Positions 18,608 through 28,090 of a stretch of DNA of 35,409 bases are shown here, piece after piece. Every line of letters begins with the position of its first letter. The first letter of the stretch is position 1. The position numbers were made by a program, and so were the translations under genes. Below the pieces are notes generated by a model. It saw only the letters and a list, made by a program, of their open reading frames with translations, ran no database searches and was not told the origin of the DNA. The stretch is from a virus (lineage: Duplodnaviria; Caudoviricetes): positions 1-35,409 of IMG/VR virus record IMGVR_UViG_3300042363_001100. One strand, 5' to 3'.

Positions 18608-19012
18608 TTATTTTGAAACTCCGCCTGTAACAAGCTTTTCATGAATAATAACAAGGTCTTCTTTCGATAATGCTTTAAGATATAGCTTTGCAACAGTGCG
18701 ATTGCAAGAATACACGTGTTGAATCGCGTCTAGATCTACACTCTTTTCTGCTTTAGGCCATTTAGAAAAACGTTTACGCTTGCGTAGCGCTCCTCTGTAA
18801 TAATCAAATTGCGCAGCGTCAAACAAATGGGCGCGCTGATTCATTTCATTTGCATGCAAAATTGTATCTTCGAAGTTTGCAAAACCACGATTAATAATAT
18901 AAGCGTTGTATTGCTTTTCAGCAAGCGCTGGTGCTTCGTGATTGCCAATTAAATCTTCTTTAGTTTCAGAAACGGCACTCATGAAATCAAATGGGCTAAT
19001 ATCTTTAGACAT
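18608..19012 (-). CDS. gp62: Clamp loader small subunit gp62
   Basis: YNAYIINRGF..DTILHANEMN..QFDYY..LRKRKRFSKW; upstream of regA. Confidence 0.92.
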   Translation of the reverse strand: MSKDISPFDFMSAVSETKEDLIGNHEAPALAEKQYNAYIINRGFANFEDTILHANEMNQRAHLFDAAQFDYYRGALRKRKRFSKWPKAEKSVDLDAIQHVYSCNRTVAKLYLKALSKEDLVIIHEKLVTGGVSK

Positions 19013-19239
19013 TATGAATAACCCTTTCCAAATATTTTCATTGCAATAGCTGGCGGTGTAAGGTCTTCACGATCAGCAATAACATCCATTTCAAATTTAG
19101 ATGGATAGTGTCTTAGCAAACGACGAGCTTGATCACGAATACGTTTTGGTACTCGTGGTGTTACTTTTGGATCAAGCAGTTCTACTAAAAAATCGTGTGT
19201 CCATACAACTGCGTTTGTTCTTTCAATTGGCACTGTCAT
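19012..19239 (-). CDS. Hypothetical protein, BPSL0761-like
   Basis: MTVPIERTNAV..FLVELLDP..TPRVPKRIRDQARRLLRHYP pattern. Confidence 0.7.
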   Translation of the reverse strand: MTVPIERTNAVVWTHDFLVELLDPKVTPRVPKRIRDQARRLLRHYPSKFEMDVIADREDLTPPAIAMKIFGKGYS

Positions 19240-19438
19240 TTTTTACTTCCTCAATAGCTTTTAATACATCATTAACATCATTGGCGCAAGTTGGGCATGC
19301 CATAATAGTATGCGGGCCTTCTGCAGTATTTAATTTTACACTAAAAGCAGTTTTCTTGTCAACTGTTTTAAAGCAATAAAAGCATTCAACAGTGCTTTTT
19401 GTAAAAAGGTTTTTAATCTGCTCGATCATTTTTTTCAA
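19223..19438 (-). CDS. Hypothetical protein with CxxC..CxxC zinc-ribbon motif
   Basis: CFYC and CPTC; overlaps both neighbours. The true start may be the internal ATG (MIEQ). Confidence 0.7.
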   Translation of the reverse strand: MKKMIEQIKNLFTKSTVECFYCFKTVDKKTAFSVKLNTAEGPHTIMACPTCANDVNDVLKAIEEVKNDSAN

Positions 19439-19580
19439 TAGGATTGTCGTAGTAATCTGTGAGGCCTTTACGTTGACGATCTTTTTTATATTCAGTCATA
19501 ACAAAAGATTCCCATACAATAAAAGCGACCAAAATTAACAAGTAAAGACCAAACAAAATTGGTAGAAAATCAAGTGACAT
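19413..19580 (-). CDS. 55-aa single-pass membrane protein (not in the ORF track)
   Basis: Manual translation MSLDFLPILFGLYLLILVAFIVWESFVMTEYKKDRQRKGLTDYYDNPIEKNDRAD; AAGGA RBS; fills the gap after gp44. Confidence 0.7.
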   Translation of the reverse strand: MSLDFLPILFGLYLLILVAFIVWESFVMTEYKKDRQRKGLTDYYDNPIEKNDRAD

Positions 19581-19589
19581 ATGCTTCCT

Positions 19590-20543
19590 TTATTTGTATT
19601 CTGATTCCATCATGACTTCAGTCAAGAATGCAACCATATTAACTTCGAGATCGGCAACAAAGTTTGATTTGTACATATAATCTGCAAGTGTGACTACAAA
19701 ACCTGGCATAGATTTTAGTTGAACTTTGTCGGTTGACATATCATAGATACGACGAAACATTTCATTCATGTCCTGATCTGAATTAGTAGCAACCCACTTA
19801 CGCATACCGGTGAAGTTCTTTTCTTTAAGAAGTTTAAACAATTCATCCATAGATTCTTGTTTAAGATTAACAAAGATACCTTCATCAATACGACCAGAAG
19901 ATGCATATGTTTGCAGCTCAGTCAATACACGACGGAAGTCTGGGAAGTGTCGTTCAATAACTTTTGCAATAACTGGTTTGTCATATTCAACACTTTGATT
20001 TTCAAGGATAGCACATACACGTTTGAAAAACTGCATAGCCATCTTTGGGCGCTGAGATGTTTCAATAGTGAAGTCTACTTCAGACAAACGAGAACGAAGT
20101 GGTTCAATGATACGGTTTTTAAAGTTACACGTAAAGATAAAACCGCAGTTAGAAGAGTATTCTTCAATAAAGTTGCGCAAAGCAGGTTGAACTGATGTAG
20201 CGTTTAGATAATCTGCTTCATCAAAGATAACATATTTACGGCCGCCGGACAAAGACATTGAAGACGCGTATGTAGAGATTTCATATCGAAGTGTATCGAT
20301 ATTAACATTAAGAGAACCATTCTTAACAATATAGTCGCAGCCTAACTCTTCAAGCATGGCTTTTGCGATAGTTGTTTTACCTACACCTGCTGTGCCGGTA
20401 AGCAACAAGTTGGGGATACTTTTGTCCTCAACGAATTTTTTAAAAGCGATTTTGGTTTTTTCAGGAAGGATTGTGTCATCAATTTTTTGCGGACGATACT
20501 TCTCGACCCACAATACTTCATTTGCTTTTGCATCAATAGACAT
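19590..20543 (-). CDS. gp44: Clamp loader large subunit gp44 (AAA+)
   Basis: LWVEKYRP, GTAGVGKTT, IFDEAD, QPALRNFIEEYS, PLRSR, FPDFRR. Confidence 0.97.
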   Translation of the reverse strand: MSIDAKANEVLWVEKYRPQKIDDTILPEKTKIAFKKFVEDKSIPNLLLTGTAGVGKTTIAKAMLEELGCDYIVKNGSLNVNIDTLRYEISTYASSMSLSGGRKYVIFDEADYLNATSVQPALRNFIEEYSSNCGFIFTCNFKNRIIEPLRSRLSEVDFTIETSQRPKMAMQFFKRVCAILENQSVEYDKPVIAKVIERHFPDFRRVLTELQTYASSGRIDEGIFVNLKQESMDELFKLLKEKNFTGMRKWVATNSDQDMNEMFRRIYDMSTDKVQLKSMPGFVVTLADYMYKSNFVADLEVNMVAFLTEVMMESEYK

Positions 20544-20628
20544 GTAGTCACCTTCATAATATAATAATAAGTGCAGGTTTGTTTAGCAACGAGAGCCTGC
20601 ATCGTTCGTTCTAGGTGGCTGCCTAGTA

Positions 20629-20889
20629 TCAGTTCTTAACTTTGTCTGCCATTGGTGCGCTTGGTGGAACATTCGCTGGCATTTCGCCTTGCGGTGCTGC
20701 TTCACCTTGCGGTTGATTCTGACGGAGGAACATTTCAAGCTTATTACGAAGCATGCCCAAACCTGCCATCTCATTACCTTCAAATGCACCACGACGTGAA
20801 ACAACGTCGATCATTTGTACAACAGTTGCGATGTCTTGCAAAGTAATTTGTACCGGTGCTTGCTTTTGTTCTTGATCACTCATTTTCAT
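20629..20889 (-). CDS. Hypothetical protein between gp45 and gp44
   Basis: 86 aa, IDVVSRRGAFEGNEM..G..RNK, AAGGA RBS, co-oriented with the operon. Confidence 0.8.
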   Translation of the reverse strand: MKMSDQEQKQAPVQITLQDIATVVQMIDVVSRRGAFEGNEMAGLGMLRNKLEMFLRQNQPQGEAAPQGEMPANVPPSAPMADKVKN

Positions 20890-21552
20890 TTATCCTTTTT
20901 TATAAGTCGACTTAGTATCAATTGCCACGAAATACGTGACGTCTTCACTCTTAAACTCAGAGATACCCTTTGCGCAAAGCGTAACTTTATAGTCCTGAGG
21001 CAAGAGTTTAAGATTATCGGTTTTAACAATAATCTTAAATGTATCAGATGTAGTGCCAATTTCAACACCATAATCATCTGAATTTTCATTGCCGCCATCG
21101 ATAGCCTTCAAGTAAATTTTACCGTCTTCGCCTACGAAAGCAACTTCCTGAAATTGTAGAACACCTGCTGCTTTAATAACAGATTGGAGATCTTCCCACG
21201 AAACATTTACAACAACATCTTCTGAAGGCAACTTAATGTCTTTTTCTGGTGCTGCATGAATCATAGAAATATCGGCATAAACATACTTAGTGCGCTGTTT
21301 ACCCGATGCGATAGTAAAGTACCGATCATGGAATTCAACATCTGGATCTTTGTAAAGACTCAAGATGGACAAAAAGCGAGACAAATCATAAACACATGCC
21401 TGTGAAGGAATAGTGTCTGGAATTCTCGCAGTTGCTACTAGCGTCTTTTCAGGTGTGACAGTTTTAAGAATATTACCTTCTTTCATCAAGATGGATTTAT
21501 TAATACTCGAAAAACTTTTAAGAATTGTGAGGGTACGTTCAGAAAATTTCAT
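20890..21552 (-). CDS. gp45: DNA polymerase sliding clamp gp45
   Basis: MKFSERTLTILKSFSSINKSI..YDLSRFLS..NLKLLPQDYKV..YFVA. Confidence 0.95.
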   Translation of the reverse strand: MKFSERTLTILKSFSSINKSILMKEGNILKTVTPEKTLVATARIPDTIPSQACVYDLSRFLSILSLYKDPDVEFHDRYFTIASGKQRTKYVYADISMIHAAPEKDIKLPSEDVVVNVSWEDLQSVIKAAGVLQFQEVAFVGEDGKIYLKAIDGGNENSDDYGVEIGTTSDTFKIIVKTDNLKLLPQDYKVTLCAKGISEFKSEDVTYFVAIDTKSTYKKG

Positions 21553-21587
21553 AATATAGGGTTCCTTTGTTCACTGTTTATTTATCT

Positions 21588-21616
21588 ATTATAACACGAT
21601 TTACTGCAAATGTCAA
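21588..21616 (-). promoter_or_regulatory. Sigma70 consensus promoter for the gp45-44-62-regA operon
   Basis: TTGACA (21616-21611), 17-bp spacer, TATAAT (21593-21588), with extended -10 TG. Confidence 0.9.
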
Positions 21617-21620
21617 CATA

Positions 21621-22484
21621 TTATTTATCCTTTTTGCCATAATTTTTCTTTCGGCTTGAGTTATCTGCCGTTGCTGTAATTCCAAGGCTACCAATATGAG
21701 CTAAAGATCCTTTAAAAATATAAGAACCGATATGCTGTAGTTGCATCCACGGGCATGTCCAGATTTGCATTCCAGCTTGACGAGCTTTCTTACAGAAGAA
21801 ATAATCTTCTGATAGATAACGTTTAGTTTCTGGGTCGATAATGCAATCAAAATAGGCGTGAATTTCACGACTACCGTCAAATTGTTCAGTACGAACATGA
21901 TCTGGTTTGTAGCTTAGTTCAGGGTAAGCTGCTGCAAATTTCTCAAACGTTGCTCTTGGGATAAGCATAAAGCCAGTTCCACCTTCTCCAATTTCTAATG
22001 GCTCGCTAATGTTAAATGAGCTTACTCTATTAACAGGATTAAAAACATAATCAGCAGTGTATTGTTCTAAATCAAATGGATTTTCGTCACCCTTACCAGC
22101 CGCTGCAGCCTTTTGAACTTTTTCCCAAGCAATAGTTTTCTTAGGATAAAGACCAGTTACAATGTTATACTTTTCTGGATCTGAGATTTGTACTGCAAGC
22201 AAACCAAGAACATCACGAGGATTAAATCCGATGTCTGCATCAATAAACAAAAGATGCGTACAATCTGATCTAAGGAATTCGTCTGCAATATAGTTACGAG
22301 CTCGTTGAATCAAACTCTCATTAAACAGATAATAGAAATGAATACCAATTCCATTTGCTGCACACATCGTAGCTAAATCTACAGATGCCTTTGTATATGA
22401 ACCTGTACACTGGGCTCCATACATTGGCGTACCTACAAAGATTTTATGTTTTCTAATTTCTTCAACTGATGTTTGAATTTTCAT
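21621..22484 (-). CDS. GT-A fold glycosyltransferase-like protein
   Basis: IFVGTPMY, ESLIQRARN, HLLFIDADI (DxD), GTGFMLI, YLSEDYFFC, LQHIG. Confidence 0.8.
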   Translation of the reverse strand: MKIQTSVEEIRKHKIFVGTPMYGAQCTGSYTKASVDLATMCAANGIGIHFYYLFNESLIQRARNYIADEFLRSDCTHLLFIDADIGFNPRDVLGLLAVQISDPEKYNIVTGLYPKKTIAWEKVQKAAAAGKGDENPFDLEQYTADYVFNPVNRVSSFNISEPLEIGEGGTGFMLIPRATFEKFAAAYPELSYKPDHVRTEQFDGSREIHAYFDCIIDPETKRYLSEDYFFCKKARQAGMQIWTCPWMQLQHIGSYIFKGSLAHIGSLGITATADNSSRKKNYGKKDK

Positions 22485-23122
22485 ATTTCAATTTGCTCCA
22501 AATCGTTTTCTGCTCTTACAATAGTTTGTAGTCGCAGAATATCTGCTGCAACATCATGTTTACTATTATGCTTACTGAAGTTTTGTTCCCATTTTTGTAA
22601 ATTGGATACGGGAACAAATCCATTGCCACCGGGTGTATTGAAATCAAATTTTGCATCAATGAAGGTGCGAGTATCTCTTACAGCCCAGTATTTTAAGTGC
22701 TCGCCAAGCAAAGAAGTTTTGTTTGCGTTTTGTGCTATTCGATCTAGAATAACTGGATCAAAAGAATTTGATCGTGACCACCAGTAATCTACTTTACCAG
22801 CAGCTCGCAAATAATCAATTAGCTTTTCCATAAATTGACTTGCTGTTAAATCATCTGCAGACGGCTTAAGATTTTTTCTTAGTTCTGCTGGCTGATCTAA
22901 CCACCATTGTAAGTCACGCTGGTTATATTTGCAGCCATGATTAATCATTTGATCTTTGATATCAAACTTAGCTTGCTGCATATTATGCACTAACTCTTTA
23001 AAGGAGTAAGGATTTTCTGTAAATCGTTCCCATTGAAACGTAATATAAGCACAATCAATAGCAGGAATCTCGCGAGAGCATTGTCCAATTGTTTCAAAAT
23101 CAATAATAAAATGTGTACTCAT
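22481..23122 (-). CDS. dexA: DexA-like 3'-5' exonuclease (DEDDh)
   Basis: HFIIDFETIGQ, WWSRSNSFDPVIL, VRDTRTFID, HNSKHDVAADILRLQ match the T4 DexA pattern. Confidence 0.85.
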   Translation of the reverse strand: MSTHFIIDFETIGQCSREIPAIDCAYITFQWERFTENPYSFKELVHNMQQAKFDIKDQMINHGCKYNQRDLQWWLDQPAELRKNLKPSADDLTASQFMEKLIDYLRAAGKVDYWWSRSNSFDPVILDRIAQNANKTSLLGEHLKYWAVRDTRTFIDAKFDFNTPGGNGFVPVSNLQKWEQNFSKHNSKHDVAADILRLQTIVRAENDLEQIEI

Positions 23123-24327
23123 CCGAAAAATGCCTCCAACGTATCAACCTTTGTTTCATATTCCATCTTCTTAGTACCATTATACTGCACAATGTAGTCT
23201 GTGTCAACCATTATTCTTTCGCCTTTTAACACAGCAAGAACTTCTGATGCCATGTCTGTTGCAGTTTGAACTGGAACGTTTTGGCATATGTGATTAGCTA
23301 CTTTAGGATTAGCATCAACTAATTCAAAGTCTTCTGGCAAACCCATAATTGACATGGCTTCACGATAGTTAATGAATCTGTCTTCGTCAGGATGCGTAAG
23401 CATTATAGGATAATGCCCAACGAATGCACCAATACGATCTTTTGGAATGATAACACCGCGGCGCATAATGCTTCCACCACCAGCAAGCTTCTCATTCTTG
23501 TACAAACATTTTTCTACTTCTCTTTCAAATCCGTTTTCTTGCATCCATTTTGCTACTTGCAAATACGTATGTCCTGCACGTTCAATATAAGAAAAAGCAT
23601 CTATTCCGCGCGCCGATGTAGGATCAATCGCAGCAGCATGTTCTTTGTGACTAATGCCACCATGAATCACTTCAAGAATATATTTGTAATACGGATTATC
23701 GGAAGGTTTTTTATTGCAAATTGGTTCTGTTTGAAAAGTAGTTTTTACATTACGAATCAATTCTTCAATTGGTGTATATTCACGTTCAAAGTAATTAAAG
23801 ATTGGAACTCGTGTTCCTTGCCAGAAGAAATAGAATGATCGTTCACGAACTTGAGGTACACCATGCAACAATGATTTAGTACGATACACACTCATAGTGT
23901 AACCGTTATCTTTACCAATTTGCTTCATTTCATTACGAATTTTTGAACCAATCTTACCGGCAAATCCTGGAGCGTTTTCACCCCAAAATACTTTTGGCTT
24001 GTAGTCACCAAGAATATATCCAGCAGTTTCTGTTAGCCATTTATTGTTTGCATTATCATCGCCATAACCATGAGACATCATAGACAATCCCGCGCACGGG
24101 CATACGGATGCAACCACATCTGCTCGTTCATTAGCAGGCGGAGACATACCTTTATCTAGTACGTAGTAGGGAACTTCGTTTTTGTAATAGTTTACAATAT
24201 GTTTGTCATTAGCAGCAAAAGCTTCATATGACATAAGATGCATTGGCGGTTTTCCAAAAGCTTTATGTGAAGCAATTGTTTCTCCACCTATTAGTGGTAC
24301 AATACTTGCGTGGGTAATATCATTCAT
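23119..24327 (-). CDS. Divergent DNA cytosine-C5 methyltransferase-like protein
   Basis: Catalytic PC (CPCAGLS), ENAPG (motif VI), PQVRERSFY (motif VIII), REAMSIMGLPEDF (IX), QNVPV (X). Motif I is atypical (IVPLIGG). Confidence 0.8.
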   Translation of the reverse strand: MNDITHASIVPLIGGETIASHKAFGKPPMHLMSYEAFAANDKHIVNYYKNEVPYYVLDKGMSPPANERADVVASVCPCAGLSMMSHGYGDDNANNKWLTETAGYILGDYKPKVFWGENAPGFAGKIGSKIRNEMKQIGKDNGYTMSVYRTKSLLHGVPQVRERSFYFFWQGTRVPIFNYFEREYTPIEELIRNVKTTFQTEPICNKKPSDNPYYKYILEVIHGGISHKEHAAAIDPTSARGIDAFSYIERAGHTYLQVAKWMQENGFEREVEKCLYKNEKLAGGGSIMRRGVIIPKDRIGAFVGHYPIMLTHPDEDRFINYREAMSIMGLPEDFELVDANPKVANHICQNVPVQTATDMASEVLAVLKGERIMVDTDYIVQYNGTKKMEYETKVDTLEAFFG

Positions 24328-25334
24328 GCCAAAAATTTCCTTACTGTAGACAATGCCGAATTAATAGCTTGGTGCATATCTAAATATGCATACAAACCAC
24401 AGCGACCGATAAAGGTCATATTCTCCGGCTGTTCATTTTTATATTTTTCATATAGCTCACGGTTTTTACCATCACGATCTTTTACTGGGTAATAACGTTC
24501 AAAGTTATTATCGACATAGTCACAAGGCTGTTCAAACGTGAGCGTCGTGTTATATTTATTGTCTCCGTGATTAGGAATATTCTTCCACTCAGTAACTCGT
24601 GTCTTTGGACCATTATGAGTGAAGTTAACAGTAGCAGTTGGTAATGCTTTGCCAATTGGCAACGTTATTGTTTCAAACTTTATCGAACGATAAGGAAGAG
24701 GACCATGCTTAAAATCGAAATATTGATCGATTGGCATAGAGTTAAAAACGTGGTCAAAGTGAGCAACATTTTTTTCAAAGTTTGGTTCATACTTGGTGTT
24801 TAACTTTACAGTAATGTTTTCGTGATGTAGAATGTTTTCAACTAGTTTAGTATAACCGTCTGTAGGCATGTATTGAAACTCGTCATCAGGAAAATAGAAT
24901 TCGTTATTGTCATCACGAATTGGAACTCTATTAATAATTTCTGGGTTTAGTTCGTCAAGTTCTACGCCCCACATCTTTTTAGTATATGGTCTAAAGAAAA
25001 TATCAAGAACGTTTTCTTCGCCAACCATATTTTTAGTTTCGCGGTTAACTGGAAGAGTGGCAAATCTACCATCTTCTAGTTGAGCTTTTACTTTATGCTT
25101 ATACGGAATCCATTTAGTGAACTTGCTAAGCCACTCGAACACTGCCTTATTATTTGTATGAAACAAATGAGGACCGTATTTGTGTACTCGAATACCATAT
25201 TCATTAATGTAATCATACGCATTACCAGCAACATGATCACGAGATTCTATTACCCATACTTTGTGTCCGGCTTCAGCAAGTTCACGAGCAATAACTGCGC
25301 CGGAAAAGCCAGCACCTACTACTAAGTAATTCAT
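24324..25334 (-). CDS. glf: UDP-galactopyranose mutase
   Basis: VVGAGFSG FAD motif, GNAYD, VHKYGPHLFHT, YTKKMWG, LPYRSI, TRVTEWK, RYYPV, GRCGLYAYLDMHQAI. Confidence 0.95.
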   Translation of the reverse strand: MNYLVVGAGFSGAVIARELAEAGHKVWVIESRDHVAGNAYDYINEYGIRVHKYGPHLFHTNNKAVFEWLSKFTKWIPYKHKVKAQLEDGRFATLPVNRETKNMVGEENVLDIFFRPYTKKMWGVELDELNPEIINRVPIRDDNNEFYFPDDEFQYMPTDGYTKLVENILHHENITVKLNTKYEPNFEKNVAHFDHVFNSMPIDQYFDFKHGPLPYRSIKFETITLPIGKALPTATVNFTHNGPKTRVTEWKNIPNHGDNKYNTTLTFEQPCDYVDNNFERYYPVKDRDGKNRELYEKYKNEQPENMTFIGRCGLYAYLDMHQAINSALSTVRKFLA

Positions 25335-26431
25335 GCTGAAAGAACCTTTGCAATTTCTGCTTGTTGAACCTTTTTGTCAAGAGGATGATTAGCATACAAA
25401 GCGTCACGTTGTGCTTTAGCAGTTGCAACAAGTTGTTCATCACTCATTGCTTCAATATCTGCTACCTTAAGACTAGCAAGAGCTTCATCTTTATAGTACA
25501 CCATCATTTCAGGTTTATCACCAATAAGAATAGAACCAGCGTCTGCAACTTGCAAAGGACGAGCGCGCCACCAACCTGAACCAGCATGGAAATAACCCGG
25601 CATCAAGCAACCCCATTGCGATTCAAACACTTTTACCATTTCTGGTTCAGTCTTACGTTCTGATTTATACTTACCGCGTTTAGCACCAAAGTAAACAATT
25701 GGCCACTGCCAACCTTCTGGTTGTTGAAGCTTCAACCACTTACGGGTCTTTTCTTGTACCAAAGAAGCAAAGTTCCATTTCTTTTCTTTTACTGGAGCAG
25801 AATCAAAGAAGCTACCAAGACCAATAACATCTGTTCCATAACCATTGTCAGCACGACGATTCAAGTGATAAGGATTAGGATTGTATTGATATACATTTTC
25901 TTTTTTCCAACCGAGGTCTAGCAAATCAAGATTGCCACCAGCAAATGCACTTACGAGAAGACGATTGTTTTTGCTTGTGATAATTTTACAAGCTTCAATG
26001 TAGTCATCTTTATAAGACATGACTGTTGCTTTATCTTCTTCACCCTGCCAAAGATCAAAGAGGTAATCACGGAAAATACCTGGGTCGTTTTCTTCCATTT
26101 TTTCTTGGTATGTTTGAATAGCACCAAAGATTTGATTGAATTGCCAATCGTCAAATGCGATGATACAATCTGGTCTTGCTTTAACAGCGTACAAACCAGC
26201 CCAAATGTATTGGCAAAATGCTTGAATGCTGTGGATGTAAACGATAACATCGTCATAACCAGAGAGGTCTTCACCAAGTTTTACTGGTCGTTGTTCAACC
26301 TCGTAACCCATATCTTCAAGACAGCGAATAAGAGAATAGTGCGATGGAACAACTTGCAATTGCTGATTAACATAAAAGTCTCTAGCGCATTGCAACTTAT
26401 TCATGCCAGTAATGAGGATTTTTTTAGACAT
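25331..26431 (-). CDS. GT-B glycosyltransferase, possibly related to T4 DNA beta-glucosyltransferase
   Basis: 366 aa; N-terminal KKILITG strand; C-terminal GSGWWRARPLQVADAGSILIG resembles the GT-B nucleotide-sugar-binding segment; downstream of the gp42-like gene. Homology judged by eye. Confidence 0.6.
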   Translation of the reverse strand: MSKKILITGMNKLQCARDFYVNQQLQVVPSHYSLIRCLEDMGYEVEQRPVKLGEDLSGYDDVIVYIHSIQAFCQYIWAGLYAVKARPDCIIAFDDWQFNQIFGAIQTYQEKMEENDPGIFRDYLFDLWQGEEDKATVMSYKDDYIEACKIITSKNNRLLVSAFAGGNLDLLDLGWKKENVYQYNPNPYHLNRRADNGYGTDVIGLGSFFDSAPVKEKKWNFASLVQEKTRKWLKLQQPEGWQWPIVYFGAKRGKYKSERKTEPEMVKVFESQWGCLMPGYFHAGSGWWRARPLQVADAGSILIGDKPEMMVYYKDEALASLKVADIEAMSDEQLVATAKAQRDALYANHPLDKKVQQAEIAKVLSA

Positions 26432-26470
26432 ATTTCACCTTTTTCATAATAATAGTTGAGAGTATAAAGT

Positions 26471-26478
26471 TATTTATG
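26471..26478 (-). promoter_or_regulatory. Possible late-type promoter CATAAATA for the glycosylation operon
   Basis: One mismatch to TATAAATA, about 40 bp upstream of the GT-B start. Confidence 0.45.
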
Positions 26479-26502
26479 ACTTCTCTACAAGCCGATGTTA
26501 TA

Positions 26503-26955
26503 TTATACACCTAATATTGTAATTTGTACACCGCTCTCTGCAAACATAGGAGCAGATTCTTGTTCCCAAACTGCTTGCCAATTAGCTTTATTAGTCTTTA
26601 TAGTAGGAATTACGACTCGTTTAACGCCTGCTTGTATAACACATTTCGCGCAAGAAGAACAAACAGGCAAACCATAAACATACAACGTAGAGTCTTTAAG
26701 ACTTACACCAGAATACAACGCGTTCATAAGAGCGTTCATTTCAGCATGAATAATACGAGAGTATTTTTCTTCTTTATTATTCAGACGTTCTTCGGTATCT
26801 GCAATACCTTTTGGAAAGCCATTATAACCAGTAGCAAGAATTCTACGCTCGTCATTAACTACAACTGCACCAATTTGACTAGATGGATCTTTACTCCAAG
26901 TAGAAATGACACGAGCCATTTCCATAAAACGATTATCCCATTTTGTGGTATTCAT
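26503..26955 (-). CDS. cd: dCMP deaminase
   Basis: WSKDPS, TGYNGFP, IHAEMNA, PVCSSC zinc motif. Confidence 0.93.
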   Translation of the reverse strand: MNTTKWDNRFMEMARVISTWSKDPSSQIGAVVVNDERRILATGYNGFPKGIADTEERLNNKEEKYSRIIHAEMNALMNALYSGVSLKDSTLYVYGLPVCSSCAKCVIQAGVKRVVIPTIKTNKANWQAVWEQESAPMFAESGVQITILGV

Positions 26956-27383
26956 TTTTGCAATTCATTCCAGTTTTGTTTGATTGCTCTTGCATCTTCT
27001 AACGCGTTGTGTAGAATAGCACTAGTCTTAGAACTTAATTCTCGATTAATTTCCATTGTTAGTTTAGGTGGTGTGTTAATACATACACCTGGCGCAGTGA
27101 TAAGCGACATGCAAAAGTATTTAATATCATCAGGCCAATCAGCAACGAGATGAACTTCTTTATATTGGTTAATAAATTTCCACAATTTAGCTTGAAAAAT
27201 ATCTTTGCTAACTGGGTCTTTATTTAAAAATGGCACTACATTAACCGCTACCCAATTTTCGTATGCCCAATCTTTGCTAAGATTTAAGACCTCATAAAAC
27301 TCTTGGCCATCATCAGCAACTAGAGCCATAGAGATAAGATCACCACCAAAGCCGTTAAATTCGCAATCAATAAAAATATTCAT
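26952..27383 (-). CDS. DEDDh 3'-5' exonuclease, Rv2179c-like
   Basis: IFIDCEFNG..LISMALV..ADWPDD..HNALEDARAI. Confidence 0.8.
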   Translation of the reverse strand: MNIFIDCEFNGFGGDLISMALVADDGQEFYEVLNLSKDWAYENWVAVNVVPFLNKDPVSKDIFQAKLWKFINQYKEVHLVADWPDDIKYFCMSLITAPGVCINTPPKLTMEINRELSSKTSAILHNALEDARAIKQNWNELQK

Positions 27384-27385
27384 AA

Positions 27386-28090
27386 TTATTTTACTAAGTT
27401 AAAGTGTCGTTCGTACACATGCAAATTCATAACTTGCCAGTGCAAATCGCCACATGTCAAAAGAACATCGTTACCAAATGTCTCAGCAACGTGTGTATTT
27501 TCTTCATTATAACGTTGGACCATTTCTTGCATTAGATATCGTGCCCAAGCATAATCATTTTTGTAACCAAATACTGCATCGTTAGAACGCATTTGAGATA
27601 CCATATGCAGCTTGTTATCGCGAATATACACGGTTTGCGCATTAGTACAAATGAAGTCGTTCTTACCATTTTCATTATACTCAACCCAGATTGAAGGGCG
27701 ATTATAAATCATTTGAGCACGCCGAGAGTCTGGGTTGCAAAGCAACTCTGCTAGAGCATTCTCAAATTGATTAGAGTACTTATCTGAATAAACGATAGTA
27801 CCGTAATTAGAATTGATTTCGCCGTATTGATTTGCAGAATATTTCCAAGCAGCAGGTGACATACCATAGATTTCACCTAGCGTATTAATATTAGTTGATT
27901 GACTTTTGTACCATTTTAATTCGGCATCAACATAAGCTTGATTTACTTCACCAAAAATTGCAGGTTCATCTGCAATAAATGAAGCACCTATAATCTCAAT
28001 TGTTTTAGCACCTGAACGATCAACAGTAAAGCGTTCTGCTGCAAGTTCATCAATAAAATATTTGCGGATATTATTCACATTCATTATCAT
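27386..28090 (-). CDS. gp42: dCMP hydroxymethylase-like enzyme (T4 gp42 / thymidylate synthase superfamily)
   Basis: GEINSNYG, DSRRAQMIYNRPS, DFICTN (catalytic Cys), MRSNDAVFGYKNDYAW (Asp at the dCMP-specificity position), LHVYERHF. Start trimmed to the ATG at 28090; 28084 is an alternative. Confidence 0.9.
   Translation of the reverse strand: MIMNVNNIRKYFIDELAAERFTVDRSGAKTIEIIGASFIADEPAIFGEVNQAYVDAELKWYKSQSTNINTLGEIYGMSPAAWKYSANQYGEINSNYGTIVYSDKYSNQFENALAELLCNPDSRRAQMIYNRPSIWVEYNENGKNDFICTNAQTVYIRDNKLHMVSQMRSNDAVFGYKNDYAWARYLMQEMVQRYNEENTHVAETFGNDVLLTCGDLHWQVMNLHVYERHFNLVK

Noticed and set aside
23392-27153. Long + strand ORFs 23392-23838 (148 aa) and 26524-27153 (209 aa)
   Set aside because: Antisense to clearly identified enzymes, with no motifs.
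27386-28090. Ordinary thymidylate synthase
   Set aside because: It has gp42-type motifs (DFICTN, FGYKNDYAW with Asp) rather than ThyA PCH and PFN motifs.
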